Shown here in pieces: positions 47,717 to 60,775 of a stretch of 64,000 bases of DNA. The notes under the pieces are model-generated. The model made no database searches, was not told the DNA's origin, and worked only from the letters and a program-made list of their open reading frames with translations. Both the position numbers and the translations under genes were made by a program. The stretch comes from Octopus sinensis (lineage: Eukaryota), in NCBI RefSeq assembly GCF_006345805.1, contig NC_043000.1, positions 151,094,001 to 151,158,000 of the forward strand, written 5' to 3'. Numbering within the stretch: position 1 is the first letter of the stretch; each line of letters begins with the position of its first letter.

Positions 47717-48115
47717 TATTTCTTTATTGCCCACAAGGGGCTAAAAATAAGGGGACAAACAAGGACAGACAAAAGGATTAAGTCGATTTCCTCGACTCCA
47801 GTGCGTAACTGGTACTTAATTTATCGACCCCGAAAGGACGAAAGGCAAAATTGACCTCGGCAGAATTTGAACTCAGAACGTAACGGCAAACGAAATATCT
47901 ATTTCTTTATTACCCACAAGGGGACAAACAAGGACAGACATAGGTATTAAGTCGATTACATCGACCCCAGTGCGTAACTGGTACTTAATTTATCGACCCC
48001 GAAAGGATGAAAGGCAAAGTTGACCTCGGCGGAATTTGAACTCAGAACGTAACGGCAGCCGAAATACCGCTAGGCATTTCGGCCGGCGTGCTAACGTTTC
48101 TGCCAGCTCGCCGCC
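47717..48115 (-). mobile_element. S1-A SINE dimer
   Basis: Junction gaaatatc|tatttc at 47899/47900. Confidence 0.85.
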
Positions 48116-48606
48116 TTAAACGGACAAGACACCGATAAGCATTTTCCCCGGCATGCTAACGATTCTGCCGCCTTAATGATTAAAGAAAATGATAATAATC
48201 ATTATAATTATAATGAACACAGGTTTGGGTTATTACAAAAGGGTATGGTCGATTAAAATCGACCCCTAAAACATGGTATAACTACCTATAAGTTTTATTT
48301 CTTTGTCTTACAGATTACCGTGTATAAAGTGGGGTTTGTTTTTCTTTTAATTGATCATCTTAGTCATTTCCTTTTCCAATAATCCTATGAGAGGATCTAA
48401 TGCACCATCAGCTGCATTTTGGTCTTCCCGAAATGTGTGCAGTATTTTCGGTATGAAACAGCTATTTGCATTGTTGGAAGATTTGGTCTGTTGTTTCTGG
48501 TGTTATTTTGATATTTTGTCTCTTTTGTCTATATTACATGCAATGTTAATGGGATGTGTATGTGCGTGTCTATGTGTGGTATATGTTTATGGGTATACAT
48601 ATATAT

Positions 48607-48640
<34 letters not shown>

Positions 48641-48666
48641 CAAATATATATATATATATTAGTATA

Positions 48667-48705
<39 letters not shown>

Positions 48706-48994
48706 GTATATAGTTTCGCCATACTAATATGGCATTCTATATAAATAATAAGAATAAAGCTGTCCGCTTATTAGCTCATGAGGCCATCGCCTCTTAGTTA
48801 GCTATTTGATACACAAACTGTATCCATATAACCTTCGAAACGCGTCTGTAGCTGCCGCGGTCATGTAGTGTGGAGCGACTGACCTCCCTTGTTCGAAGGT
48901 TATATGAGAGACTTAGTAATTTTAATATTCTATTATTAGATATATAATATATATATATATATATATCTATATATATACAAATATATGTGTATAT

Positions 48995-49310
48995 TGGCAG
49001 GGCTTGACTGCTAGGAAGTTGGCCGTATGCTAGAAACAGATCATCAACGATCAAACTGCAAAGGAATTCGCTAGCGAACATCAGGACCAAATTTGGCGGG
49101 CAGGACAGATGAAAATTTATATAAAAAACAGAATTAAATGCATACCTCGGTTTCGGCCTTTAACACAAGAATTACTTACGTAATTCAAGTGTCCGTGCTT
49201 CATCAGTGCATTCGTTCATTGTAAATGTAAACTGAAAAACTAACCCCAGCCTTCCGTGCCAAGACAGACACGTGTTTAGTTTTACCGATTACATTAGGGA
49301 TAAAAAATAT
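48995..49310 (-). mobile_element. ~315-bp hammerhead-bearing element between (TA)n tracts (solo PLE pLTR or retrozyme-like)
   Basis: Non-repetitive block flanked on both sides by TA-rich microsatellite; contains the hammerhead below. Confidence 0.55.
49136..49213 (-). ncRNA. Type I hammerhead ribozyme motif with long GNRA-capped helix II
   Basis: Minus strand: gaatgca CUGAUGA agc acg gacac tt gaattac GUAA gtaattc tt gtgtt aaag gcc GAAAC cgag GUA|tgcattt. Helix I is 6 bp plus a G-U pair; A10.1-C11.1 mismatch; predicted cleavage 49143/49142. Confidence 0.75.
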
Positions 49311-49455
49311 ATACAAATATATATATATATATATTAGTATATATATATATATATATATAATACATATATGGTGGATATATGTCTGTCTGTGTATGTATAT
49401 ATATATATATATATATATACATGTACAAAAATTATACACAGAGGGAAAGCCACCA

Positions 49456-49555
49456 NNNNNNNNNNNNNNNNNNNNNNNNNNNNNNNNNNNNNNNNNNNNN
49501 NNNNNNNNNNNNNNNNNNNNNNNNNNNNNNNNNNNNNNNNNNNNNNNNNNNNNNN
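49456..49555. other. Assembly gap (100 N)
   Basis: Run of N. Confidence 1.
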
Positions 49556-50016
49556 CGAGACTGTTTGATAGAAAAAAATTGTGAAAGGAATGAAATGGAA
49601 TCATGTAAGAGTGAAATAAAAGAGCGAAAGAGAGAGAGAGAGAGAGAGAGAGAGGCAGTGAGAGAAATGTGTGAAAAAGAAAAAAAAGAGAGAGCAATGT
49701 GATGGTGCAATTGTATAGTGTTAAAGGTGAAAAAGGTTAGAGCGTGTATGAGGATGAGAGAGGAAGAGAGGGGGGATCAGAATGCAGAGAGAGAGAGAGA
49801 GAGAAGAGAGAGAGAGGGTAGGATCAGAATGCAGGAGAGAGGAAGAGAGGGGACCAGAATGCAGAGAGAGAGAGAGAGAGGGGGGGATCAGATGCAGCGA
49901 GAGAGGAGAGGGGGGATCAGAATGCAGAAGAGAGAGAGAGAGAGGAGGAGGAGGAGGTGAAAGGGGAGTAGAATGGCCGAGAGAACGAGAAAGATAACGA
50001 GAGGGGAGCAGCAGTA

Positions 50017-50051
<35 letters not shown>

Positions 50052-50630
50052 CAGAGGAGAGTAAGGCCTCCTCTTTGCCGCTTCGTAATCTGAGATCTAC
50101 CTCTGTTTTTGTTACGTAATATTCAACAAATATAAGATTACGCTGTCCGCCTTTCCACACACACTAAACACACAAACAAACATACGAACAACAACATGTG
50201 CAGCAAACACATTGGTTCAAAACACAGACTTGTTAAATGAAAGTTTAATTTAATTTATACATACGCTCGCCAACACATGTGTCTACACATACTTATTACA
50301 AATGCACATTCTCTACTCTTCTTCTCCCTTTCAGTTGCCTCTTAGTATTTCTCTTCTCTCTCTCTCTCTCTCTCTCTTCTCCACACACAAATATGCATAT
50401 CTATATGCATATATATATATATATATAATATATATTATATATATACATATATATATATGAATATATATATGCATATACATATTATATATATATATATATA
50501 ATATATATATATATAATATATATATATATGCATATATTTATGTGTGGAGAAAGAAAGAGAGAACCAGAGAGAAGAGAAAATATGTATATATAATATGAAA
50601 TATATATGTATGTATATCTATCTATCTATC

Positions 50631-50678
<48 letters not shown>

Positions 50679-50816
50679 CTATCTATCTATATGTATATAT
50701 ATGTACACACACAGGCACACACACACACACATATATGTACATGAAATATGTATCCACACATACATACACATATAAATATATGTCTTCTTTCTTTCTGTCT
50801 GTCTGTGTGTGTGTAA

Positions 50817-50847
<31 letters not shown>

Positions 50848-51007
50848 TATCTGTGTGTGTATGTATTGACACATGTGCGTATGTTCGTATGTATGTGTGT
50901 TGCAAGGGAAGAGCAATTAAAAACCGAAAGACAAGAAAAACGGAGAAGCTAAATATATAAACAAATATCCTAGAAAGAGCGGGAGAGACAGGGAAAAGAG
51001 AGAGAGA

Positions 51008-51052
<45 letters not shown>

Positions 51053-51555
51053 TGTAACAGAGACAGAGCATTATAAACAGGAAGGGAATGCCCCCCCCCC
51101 ACTCTTTGCCTGTGTCTCTGTATATTAGTCTGACGGACGGAGTAAAGAGGAACGGGTAAGCTAAATTTCAACTTGAAGAATTAATTTTTCTGTTGCACCC
51201 ACTGTCAGCGTTGACTGCTGCAACAAAAGGCATACATGCAATACAAAGGAACCAAGACAGGTTAACGGATAGTTAGAGCTATATATATACAGTTCCAAAG
51301 GTTTGGGTGTTTGAAAGATAACGCATGAAGCCGTTGGGGTAATATTGATTGAAAAGCTATACCGGGCACGTGTTATTTCGATTACGGACGCTGGCGTTCG
51401 CTCCAGGCTTTTGTTGATAAATTCAGCCGAGAACATTGGTGAGACCGCGCTGCACACCGTCATCAAGAGATGGCGATCCCACTTCTTTTTTCTTCACCAT
51501 AAAACAAGTGTAATTAACACTTACGTAAAAGATAACTCTATCTCGGCATAACTGC

Positions 51556-51598
<43 letters not shown>

Positions 51599-51879
51599 CA
51601 CACACACACACACATACACTCACACACATGTCTCCATCTGTCCAACATTGATAATGGTATGCATTGTCACAACGCAAGCCTGGACAGGTTTAGCATTCAT
51701 ACTGCTTTTTATTTGATTCAACACAAAAGCGCTACAATTTTGGGGAATGACGAAATAAGAGGTGTCCTGATATTTATAACTTTCCATCTCTCATTCACAA
51801 TTATCAATAAATGGAAGGTATATATCTTCAAGCAAGAATCGAAATAGGCTCCCGAAATTGACTCACAGAGAATTTACCT

Positions 51880-52476
51880 TTTTCTTTACTACCCACAAGG
51901 GGCTAAACACAGAGAGGACAAACAAGGACAGACAAACGGATTAAGTTGATTATATCGACCCCTGTGCGTAACTGGTACTTATTTAATCGACCCTGAAAGG
52001 ATGAAAGTCGACCTCGGCAGAATTTGAACTCAGAACGTAACGTCAGACGAAATACCTATTTCTTTACTACCCACAAGGGGCTAAACATAGAGAGGACAAA
52101 CAAGGACAGACGAACGGATTAAGTCGATTATATCGACCCCAGTGCGTAACTGGTACTTATTTAATCGATCTCAAAAGGATGAAAGGCAAAGTCGACCTCG
52201 GCGGAATTTGAACTCAGAACGTAACGGCAGACGAAATACCTATTTCTATTTCTTTACTACCCACAAGGGGCTAAATATAGAGAGGACAAACAAGGACAGA
52301 CAAACGGATTAAGTCGATTATATCGACCCCAGTGCGTAACTGGTACTTATTTAATCGACTGAAAGGATGAAAGGCAAAGTCGACCTCGGCGGAATTTGAA
52401 CTCAGAACGTAACGGCAGACGAAATACTGTTAAGCATTTCGCCCGGCGTGCTAAAGTTTCTGCCAGCTCACCGCCT
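51880..52476 (-). mobile_element. S1-A SINE trimer
   Basis: Junctions gaaatacc|tatttc at 52056/52057 and 52240/52241. The whole array is flanked by the 22-bp direct repeat ttgactcacagagaatttacct (51858-51879 and 52477-52498). Confidence 0.88.
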
Positions 52477-52937
52477 TTGACTCACAGAGAATTTACCTGT
52501 TACTATGCAGTGACAACCACAGAAAAATCGTTAACATTATTTTCTTATTTTGACACCTTGCCAAAATATATGTCTGGTTAAAGAAATAAATTGATGTTGT
52601 ACATGTCTGTTATTTATTTTATCTCTGTCAGGGCACGCTGGGAATCGTACCAATATCACCATCAAATCACAACCTATCTCTTAAAATGAAGACACATTAG
52701 GCAGTATACTCCCAGATATACTGAGATGGATAGCCAGTTCGGGCCCCTAGATAGTGTACGTAAAAAAATTACAGTATCACAAATCACCGAATGTAGATGG
52801 CTGTTTTTATTGATAAATAAAACGTTATCTCACTCTTAATTCCACATATATATGCAACTTTACCTACCACTTAGAGAATTGATTGTTGCAATTCGATACA
52901 TATACTACATACATACATACATACATACATACATACC

Positions 52938-52995
<58 letters not shown>

Positions 52996-53191
52996 ATAGT
53001 ATATATAATTTATATTATGGGCATTTAATATCATGCCAGGAGGCATTATACATACATGCCAAACGCCTCTATATATCTTAATATGTTCAATAAGAAATAA
53101 TTATTTTCGAAATTTTTTCTCTTATGAGTTTTTACGCTATCTACCTGACAATTTCTTGTTAAGTTTTCCTTATTAAGTAGTTGTCAATTGC

Positions 53192-53240
<49 letters not shown>

Positions 53241-53245
53241 ACCTG

Positions 53246-53420
53246 TTGTGTCTGGGGAGAGTCTTTTCTTTTGTGCCTTATAATTTAACACACTCACTGG
53301 TAAAATTTCCGCTTATTCCTTATTAAAATAAAAAGGAATAAGTGGAAATTTTACCGGTGAGTGTGTTAAATTATAAAGCAAAAAAAAAAAAAAAAAGAAA
53401 ATGACTCTCCCCAGACACAA
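53246..53420. repeat. 175-bp foldback (arms ~80 bp, 11-nt spacer), MITE-like
   Basis: ttgtgtctggggagagtc...ggtaaaatttccgcttattcctt / aaggaataagtggaaattttacc...gactctccccagacacaa. Confidence 0.75.
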
Positions 53421-53444
53421 AAGAATATGCACGAATAAAAACAT

Positions 53445-53650
53445 AAGGTACACACATGATCCCGAAAAGCCTTCGGAAACACCTTGACGCAATTAGAATC
53501 TGTCCTAGTATTACGACACTGCAAAAGACAACACATTTAGGAGCAGCAAATATCCTACGAAAAGTACTCTATCTCTGAATTACGCCACTTGATGGAGAGT
53601 CAATTATACGGTCCATTGTTAACAAAATAATCAGAGTGCAAATGAAAGAA
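53445..53650 (+). mobile_element. 3' end of an R4/Dong-like element
   Basis: MIPKSLRKHLDAI...LQKTTHLGAANILRKVLYL* (53456-53578), then a short 3'UTR ending in aataataat. Confidence 0.6.
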
Positions 53651-53739
53651 TAATAATGACAACAACAACAACTACAGCAACAACAAGCATTCTTGTCTTG
53701 GCACACACAAATCAAAATCTTAATAATAGTTAGCATATG

Positions 53740-53972
53740 TTCTTTATTACACACAAGGGGCTAAACATAGAGGGGACAAACAAGGACAGACAAACGGATT
53801 AAGTCGATTACATCGACCCCACTGCGTAACTGGTACTTAATTTTATCGACCCCCCCTAAAGGATGAAAGGCAAAGTCGACCTCGGCGGAATTTGAACTCA
53901 GAACGTAACGGCAGACGAAATACGGCTACGCATTTCGCCCGGCGTGCTAACGGTTCTGCCAGCTCGCCGCCT
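53740..53972 (-). mobile_element. Full-length S1-A SINE
   Basis: taatagttagcata on both flanks. Confidence 0.85.
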
Positions 53973-53998
53973 TTAATAGTTAGCATAGTCAGCCGAAG

Positions 53999-54245
53999 TG
54001 GGGACGCGTGACTTTAGTGGTTAGGGTGTCAGCACCATGATCATAAGATTGTGGTTTCGATTCCTGGACCGGACGACGCGTTGTGTTCTTGAGCAAAACA
54101 CTTCATTTCACGTTGCTCCAGTCCACTCAGCTGGCAAAAAGGAGTAACGCTGCGATGGACTTGCGTCCCGTCCAGCTGGGGAAGAATACGCCATTGAACC
54201 GGGAAACCGGGCCCATGAGCCTGGCTAGGCTTGAAAGGGGCGACG
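53999..54245 (+). mobile_element. S4 SINE
   Basis: Matches 23132-23393. Confidence 0.8.
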
Positions 54246-54894
54246 TTTATCGTTATAGTCAACTGAAAAGTATTGCTCGGTATATAGGACGGCGCTCACG
54301 AAAATATAAAATGCGGGACATATGTGGCGAGGAGCAATACTTTCTTTCAGGAAGAATACATTCATAAATCGACGAGAAAGTAATTAAACTTTGTTTTGCC
54401 CAAAACTTTCATAAGCCAACAAAAACTGAAACAATTTAAAAAGAAAAAGCCATCGCTGATAGGTTGGACGGGGTGATTTCCAGTGACGGAGACAAGAGAC
54501 ATGGGAGTGTGTGGCTGATCTTCAAAATAATGTGGTGAGGTGGCAGGTGAAGTTGGTGCACCATATACCTACATCAGATTGGTGCCTCAGTAATATGGTG
54601 TAGAGAAATACAAGGGTCACAGCTAAGGAAACTGCTAGTGACTTTGACCTTTGGCTCAATGTCACGTTTGTAGCACAGTAAGGTAAGTAGTGAACAAAAG
54701 AGATAAAAAGAAATGCTATGCCTGTGAGTATGCCATTGGGAGCAGAGAGAAAAGCAATAAAATTGCTTATAGAAGCCAGAAAACGTGGTTGTTATATGTG
54801 AGGAAGTAAGAGCCGCTTGAGAGCTTTCTGTCGAGAAGAACTGGAAAAGTTGAGGATAGACAGAAGGAGCAAGTTTGGTGACAAGTTTCCTCAA

Positions 54895-55600
54895 ATCCTA
54901 AGAACCTTTAAGATTCTTGTAGAATACAAGCTGCTATTTTTCTACTGGATGTTTCATTTCAGTTCCAGTATCCTTTATGTGCTTAAGTAGCAGTTTGGCC
55001 GTTTTACCTAGTGCGACAATTACCAGAGAATCATTTTACGCCATTGTGTTCTAGAATCTCTTCAGCTCTCTGGCTAGGTCCCAATATGATTTAATTTTTT
55101 TTCTTTTGCTTGATATTTTCTCTATCATATGCCTGATTATACGCTCTTTGTGCTAGCTTACAGCACTCGCTAAAAGACGGTAAATAACTTCGTCCCCTTT
55201 TCCATGCGTTTTGTATTTACTGGCTTATCAATTGTTTTGCTCTATCGATCTTCGTTGTTATAAAGTTCGTCAAATAGTTTGTTTCTTAGTGAGTTTGTTT
55301 CCCGTTTCAGATTCCCATCTCTCAGTCACGGCAATTTCTTCGCTTCCCAACACCCTCGGTTTCTTGCATGAAACGGTCATGTAGTTTATACATTTTTGTA
55401 ACTATTTGCCTTGTTGTTCTTTCTATTCTTGAATTTTGACATTCTTACGGTGACTAATTCGATATTTTTGACCAGAGGTGATATTCTTTCTTCTGTATGC
55501 ACAACATTAGTTTTCAAAATCAGTATTGCAACACTGATTGCGTTTTCTGTATTTTATAAACCTCTGCTTGCTTCCCTTGGTAAACAGAACCTTTAGAGTG
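54895..55600 (-). pseudogene. Degenerate R4/Dong-like ORF relic
   Basis: Minus-strand remnants LPREASRGL, SECCKLAQRAY, KIKSYWDLARELKRF*N...VIVALG, with stops and deletions. Confidence 0.55.
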
Positions 55601-55960
55601 GTGGGCGAAACTTTAAGAAAGAGCAAAAAGGGCATAATCTGTTTGGAAGTGCTGGATATTCCCCGCTGCTAAGCGGTTATCAAGCTCATCAGATAGTCCA
55701 TTGACTGACATGAAACACTCCTGTTTCGCTAAGTTGTTTTTGTTTTATTCAACAGGTGAGGACGCTCAGCGCTGATGAGAATTGCAAATCTTCCTATACT
55801 GGTTTGATTGATGCATCTGGAGATAAGATGCTGACCTTCAATGGGTTGACGTACGTCTTCAGTAAAAGCATAGGCATGGAGGGAGTTATCGAAGTTTGCA
55901 GCTCTAGGAAAGAATGACAAAAGGAGAAAGAGATTGTCGAGGAGAGAAAGAGAGAGAGCG

Positions 55961-55993
<33 letters not shown>

Positions 55994-56319
55994 AAAGGAA
56001 AGACAGGCCGACAGACAAACAGACACACAGACAGAAAGAAAGAGATTGGTAAGAGTACTAGCTGAAGTTCTTGCAAAGAGTAATGTCAAAACCAGTGAGT
56101 CAAACTTTTTCAAATAATTCTTAACTTTAAACCAAAAAACATTCGCTTAACATTTAATCCGCTCAATAAATTTCGAATTTTCTTAAAAACAGAAATAAAT
56201 ATTTATTTAAATTATAGGTTTATTTCATTCCTCAAATAAAAAAAAATACGAAGCAACATAAATCTTCTGAATGTTTTACCTTTAAATCTGGATTGTTAAA
56301 GTTGTCGTCGGGTTGTCGT

Positions 56320-56322
56320 TCG

Positions 56323-56357
<35 letters not shown>

Positions 56358-56546
56358 CTTCTTCTTCTTCTTTCTTCTTTTCTTCTTCTTCTTCTTCTTC
56401 TTCTCTTCTTCTTCTTCTTCTTCTTCATTCTTCTTCTTATTTATTCTTATTATTCTTATTATTCTCATTATTATAAGTATTATCATTTTATTATCATTAT
56501 TATTATCATCATTATTATTGTCATTATTATTATTATTATTATTAGG

Positions 56547-56577
<31 letters not shown>

Positions 56578-56744
56578 GATTATTATCATTATTATTAGCA
56601 ATTATTATTATTATTGTTATTAATATTATTATTATATTATTATTATTATTATTTTATATTATTATCATTATTATTATCAGTATCATCATTTTATTATTAT
56701 TATTATCATTATCATTATTATTATTATTATCATCATTATTATCG

Positions 56745-56792
<48 letters not shown>

Positions 56793-56862
56793 ATCATTAT
56801 TATTATTATTATTATTATTTCATTATTATATTATTATTATATTATTATTATTATTATTATCG

Positions 56863-56896
<34 letters not shown>

Positions 56897-57121
56897 TTAT
56901 ATTATTATTATTGTTTCTTATTATATATTATTATTATTATATATTATTATCATTATTATTATCGTCATCATCATTATTATTATATTATTAGTATATATCA
57001 TTATTATTATTATTAATCATCATTATTATCGGTCATTATTATTATTATTATCTATTAATTATTATTAGTATTATTATTATTATTATCATTATTATTATTA
57101 TTATTGTTATTATTATTATTC

Positions 57122-57167
<46 letters not shown>

Positions 57168-57178
57168 CGTCATCATCG

Positions 57179-57209
<31 letters not shown>

Positions 57210-57230
57210 CATTATATTATATTGTTATTA

Positions 57231-57274
<44 letters not shown>

Positions 57275-57477
57275 TATTATTATTATTATTATTATTATTA
57301 TCATTATTATTATCGTCATCATCGTCATTATTTATATAGTTATTATTAATTATTATTATTATTGTTATTATTATTATTATTATTAATTATCATTATATAT
57401 TATCGTCATCATCATAGTCATTATTATTATTATTATTATCATTATTATTATTATTGTTATTATTATTATTATTACTT
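56320..57477. repeat. 1.15-kb (TTG)/(TTC)/(ATT) compound microsatellite
   Basis: Directly visible. Confidence 0.95.
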
Positions 57478-57925
57478 TGATAAATCTTGCAACATAATGT
57501 GAAATGAATTATTTTAAATTTTAGAGTTTGTCAAGATTCAAAACTTACTCCACGCTGCACATGTATTCATACACAATCATCATCCATCCATCGATATATA
57601 CATACACACACGAATGCATACTTGCATACATACATCTGTACGTACGTACGCATGTAGGCACGTAGTACGTACGTACTTACGAACGTACTTACGAACGTAC
57701 TTACGAACGTACGTATGTACGTATGTATGTATGTATGTATGTATGTATGTATGTATATATGTATGTATGCATGCATGTATGCATGCATGTATGCATGTAT
57801 GTTTGTATGCATGTATATATATGCATGTATATATATATATATACACATAAGATATATATATATTTAATATATATACATATATATGCGTATGTGTGTGTAG
57901 ATTCATCTATATGTATAAATAAATA

Positions 57926-58073
<148 letters not shown>

Positions 58074-58213
58074 TATATATATATAATATGTACAAATTCA
58101 TGCACATACATGCTCACTAAAAATAAATACCCAAGTTCATACATACTAGCTGAACAACAAACCGACAGACTGACAGAGTGAAGGATATATACATATGCAC
58201 TTTTTTAATATAC

Positions 58214-58270
<57 letters not shown>

Positions 58271-58583
58271 GGGGAAACAAAACTAAACAAAACAAAAAAA
58301 TTCAAAGATGTAACTTTATTTCCCAGGGCAAAATATTCCATCAACTAAAACATTCCACTTTGATCTCTCAAAGCACCGAACGCCAATCTGTGCAACATGA
58401 TCAAATTGAAAACGCTAGATCATCTTAAATATTTAACGATTCTCAAAATCAAACGTTAAGCATGGGAGTCTAAAAGCATCTAACATCATTACACTTCTGG
58501 TAATGGCATTAAAATAAATATATAAATTATACATCACATACTCATACACGCACACACACATATGTGTATATACATCTGTACAA

Positions 58584-58627
<44 letters not shown>

Positions 58628-58848
58628 TGTTTATTATTTATTTATTTTATTCTAATCCCATTGCAACACGTACATACATGTACGTGTGTGTGCATGTGTA
58701 CATATTCATGTATACAAGAGAATCATTAGTTTTGGTTACTCTTGGACCCTCATCTAATTCACCTTTCGAGCAACATTGGAATAAAATGTAACTTTATTGA
58801 AGGGTGGCCTTAAATATATATATATATATATATGTATGTATATATATA

Positions 58849-58900
<52 letters not shown>

Positions 58901-59662
58901 CTATTATATGTATTATATATTGCATATACATGTGTGTATAGTAAGTGTGTGTGTGTGTAGGTTGTATTTTGCGCAATCAACACTTTTGGGAAAATAGATA
59001 AATTTTTATGTAGTTAGCCCATAGTTTATAACATCTAAGTTGTGGAAAGTAAATAAATATAAAATGTAACTTGTGAGTTTCTCCTCCCAAAGAAAAATAA
59101 GGAGAATTTTATAATTTGTTAGTCATTCGTTGGCGCTGGATATAGTTTTACTGCTGTGCTTAGGAATGGCACTTGGTAGTAATCGATATTTAAATCAGAC
59201 ACAATCAGAAGCAGGTCGAAGTGGCTAGACTAATTTGCATAATGTGCATTCACTTTTAGTTCATACTTCCAGTTTTCACGTGGTACCAATCCGATGTAAA
59301 GAGTAGCGGCTATATACATATAAGACTTTGTCAATCTGAAACATGAATCATGTCGAGGAAAAAGCAAATATATAACACACATGTATTATATCTTATTATA
59401 TAGAACCTGTCTATGTTTCCAAATGTGAATACAAAATCACATACATATATATACGCACGATGGACTTCTACTCAGTTTCCATCAACAAAATTCGCTCACA
59501 AAGCATTGGTCAGACTGGGGCTATAGTAGAAGAGACTTGTCGAAGGTGCCGTGCCGTAGGACTGAACCCAAAATCACGTGATTGCATAGCGCGTTTCTTA
59601 ACCATATGGCCACTTGTAAAATATTTATTTCTATAATCCACGCTTAAACTCCTTTCTTATTG

Positions 59663-59701
<39 letters not shown>

Positions 59702-59779
59702 TCTTCATCTCTGATATTTGCGCTCTTCATTGTGAATGGGTTTTCCAGCGATTGTGACCAATATGGTCGTGCTTTTCCA

Positions 59780-60130
59780 TTCACCAAGACAGTTTTTGTC
59801 ATTTCTTCGGTATTGTATGCAAGCGAAACATGGAGTCAGGCGGGCAGACAGGTTTTGCAATATGATGAATGTTTTCCTTCGCTAGTGCCTTAGAAATATT
59901 ATGAAAAATTACCTGATGTGACATCACAAGCGATGAAATCATGATAGGAGCAGACGAAAGAAACTACTTAGCCATGTATTACAGAAAGACCGGCAAGGAC
60001 AACCGTCGGGCGGGACGGTTGACACAGGAAGGGCAGAGAGAGACAGACTGGTGAAGACGTGACAAAAAACTTTGCAAGAAGACTTGACCCAGAAGGGTCA
60101 CATCTGGAGAGCTGGGTGCAGTTTAACCCC
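59780..60130 (+). pseudogene. Degenerate RTE-like LINE C-terminal relic
   Basis: SVLYASETW...CLRNIM...GQRERDRLVKT*QKTLQEDL resembles the RTE C-terminus; heavily frameshifted. Confidence 0.4.
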
Positions 60131-60192
60131 GAATGGTTCCGCGTGGAGACCTCTCATCACCCGATAACCGTCGAACGAACGGAGATAACATC

Positions 60193-60595
60193 ATCATATA
60201 ATTGTTTGGAACAGGCACGAAAATGTATGTATCGTCGTAGAAGTCAGCTGTCCTGAAGATCTGGACAGCTCTTCGAAAGACTCTAACTACGGACAGTTGC
60301 ATCGGAACCTTCTGGTTCTATACCCAGATTATAAATACGCATTTATACCATTGATAATTGGTGCACTCGATTTTGTTTGTAAATGCCTAAGTGGCAGTCT
60401 GAAAAGCTGGGTTTCCAGGAAAAGTGATAAACCAGCTAGCACGTTTATCACAGTAAAAATGCTCAAGGTTTTTCTCAAGTTTAAACTGCGATATTTTTTA
60501 TTAACATTCCAACAATGGAACTTTGTATATTTCTTAGAAACCAACTCCTTATTTACAGGAAAGTTTCCAGCAATTAAAAATAAAGAAGAAAATAC
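60193..60595 (+). mobile_element. 3' end of an RLE-type non-LTR retrotransposon, followed by (TACA)n
   Basis: (PD)[19 protein letters not shown]...[16 protein letters not shown]; the element ends aaagaagaaa directly before (TACA)n at 60596-60735. Confidence 0.6.
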
Positions 60596-60620
60596 ATACA
60601 TACATACATACATACATACA

Positions 60621-60654
<34 letters not shown>

Positions 60655-60744
60655 CATACATACATACATATATACATACATACATACATACATACATACA
60701 TACATACATACATACATACATACATACATACATACATTCGTATG

Positions 60745-60775
<31 letters not shown>

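Noticed and set aside
49456-49555. ORFs spanning the N run
   Set aside because: Assembly gap; frame and distance across it are unknown.
60245-60300. CTGAAGA…GAAA with flanking inverted repeat
   Set aside because: Lies in RLE coding sequence (VSCPEDL); no valid helix III or cleavage triplet.
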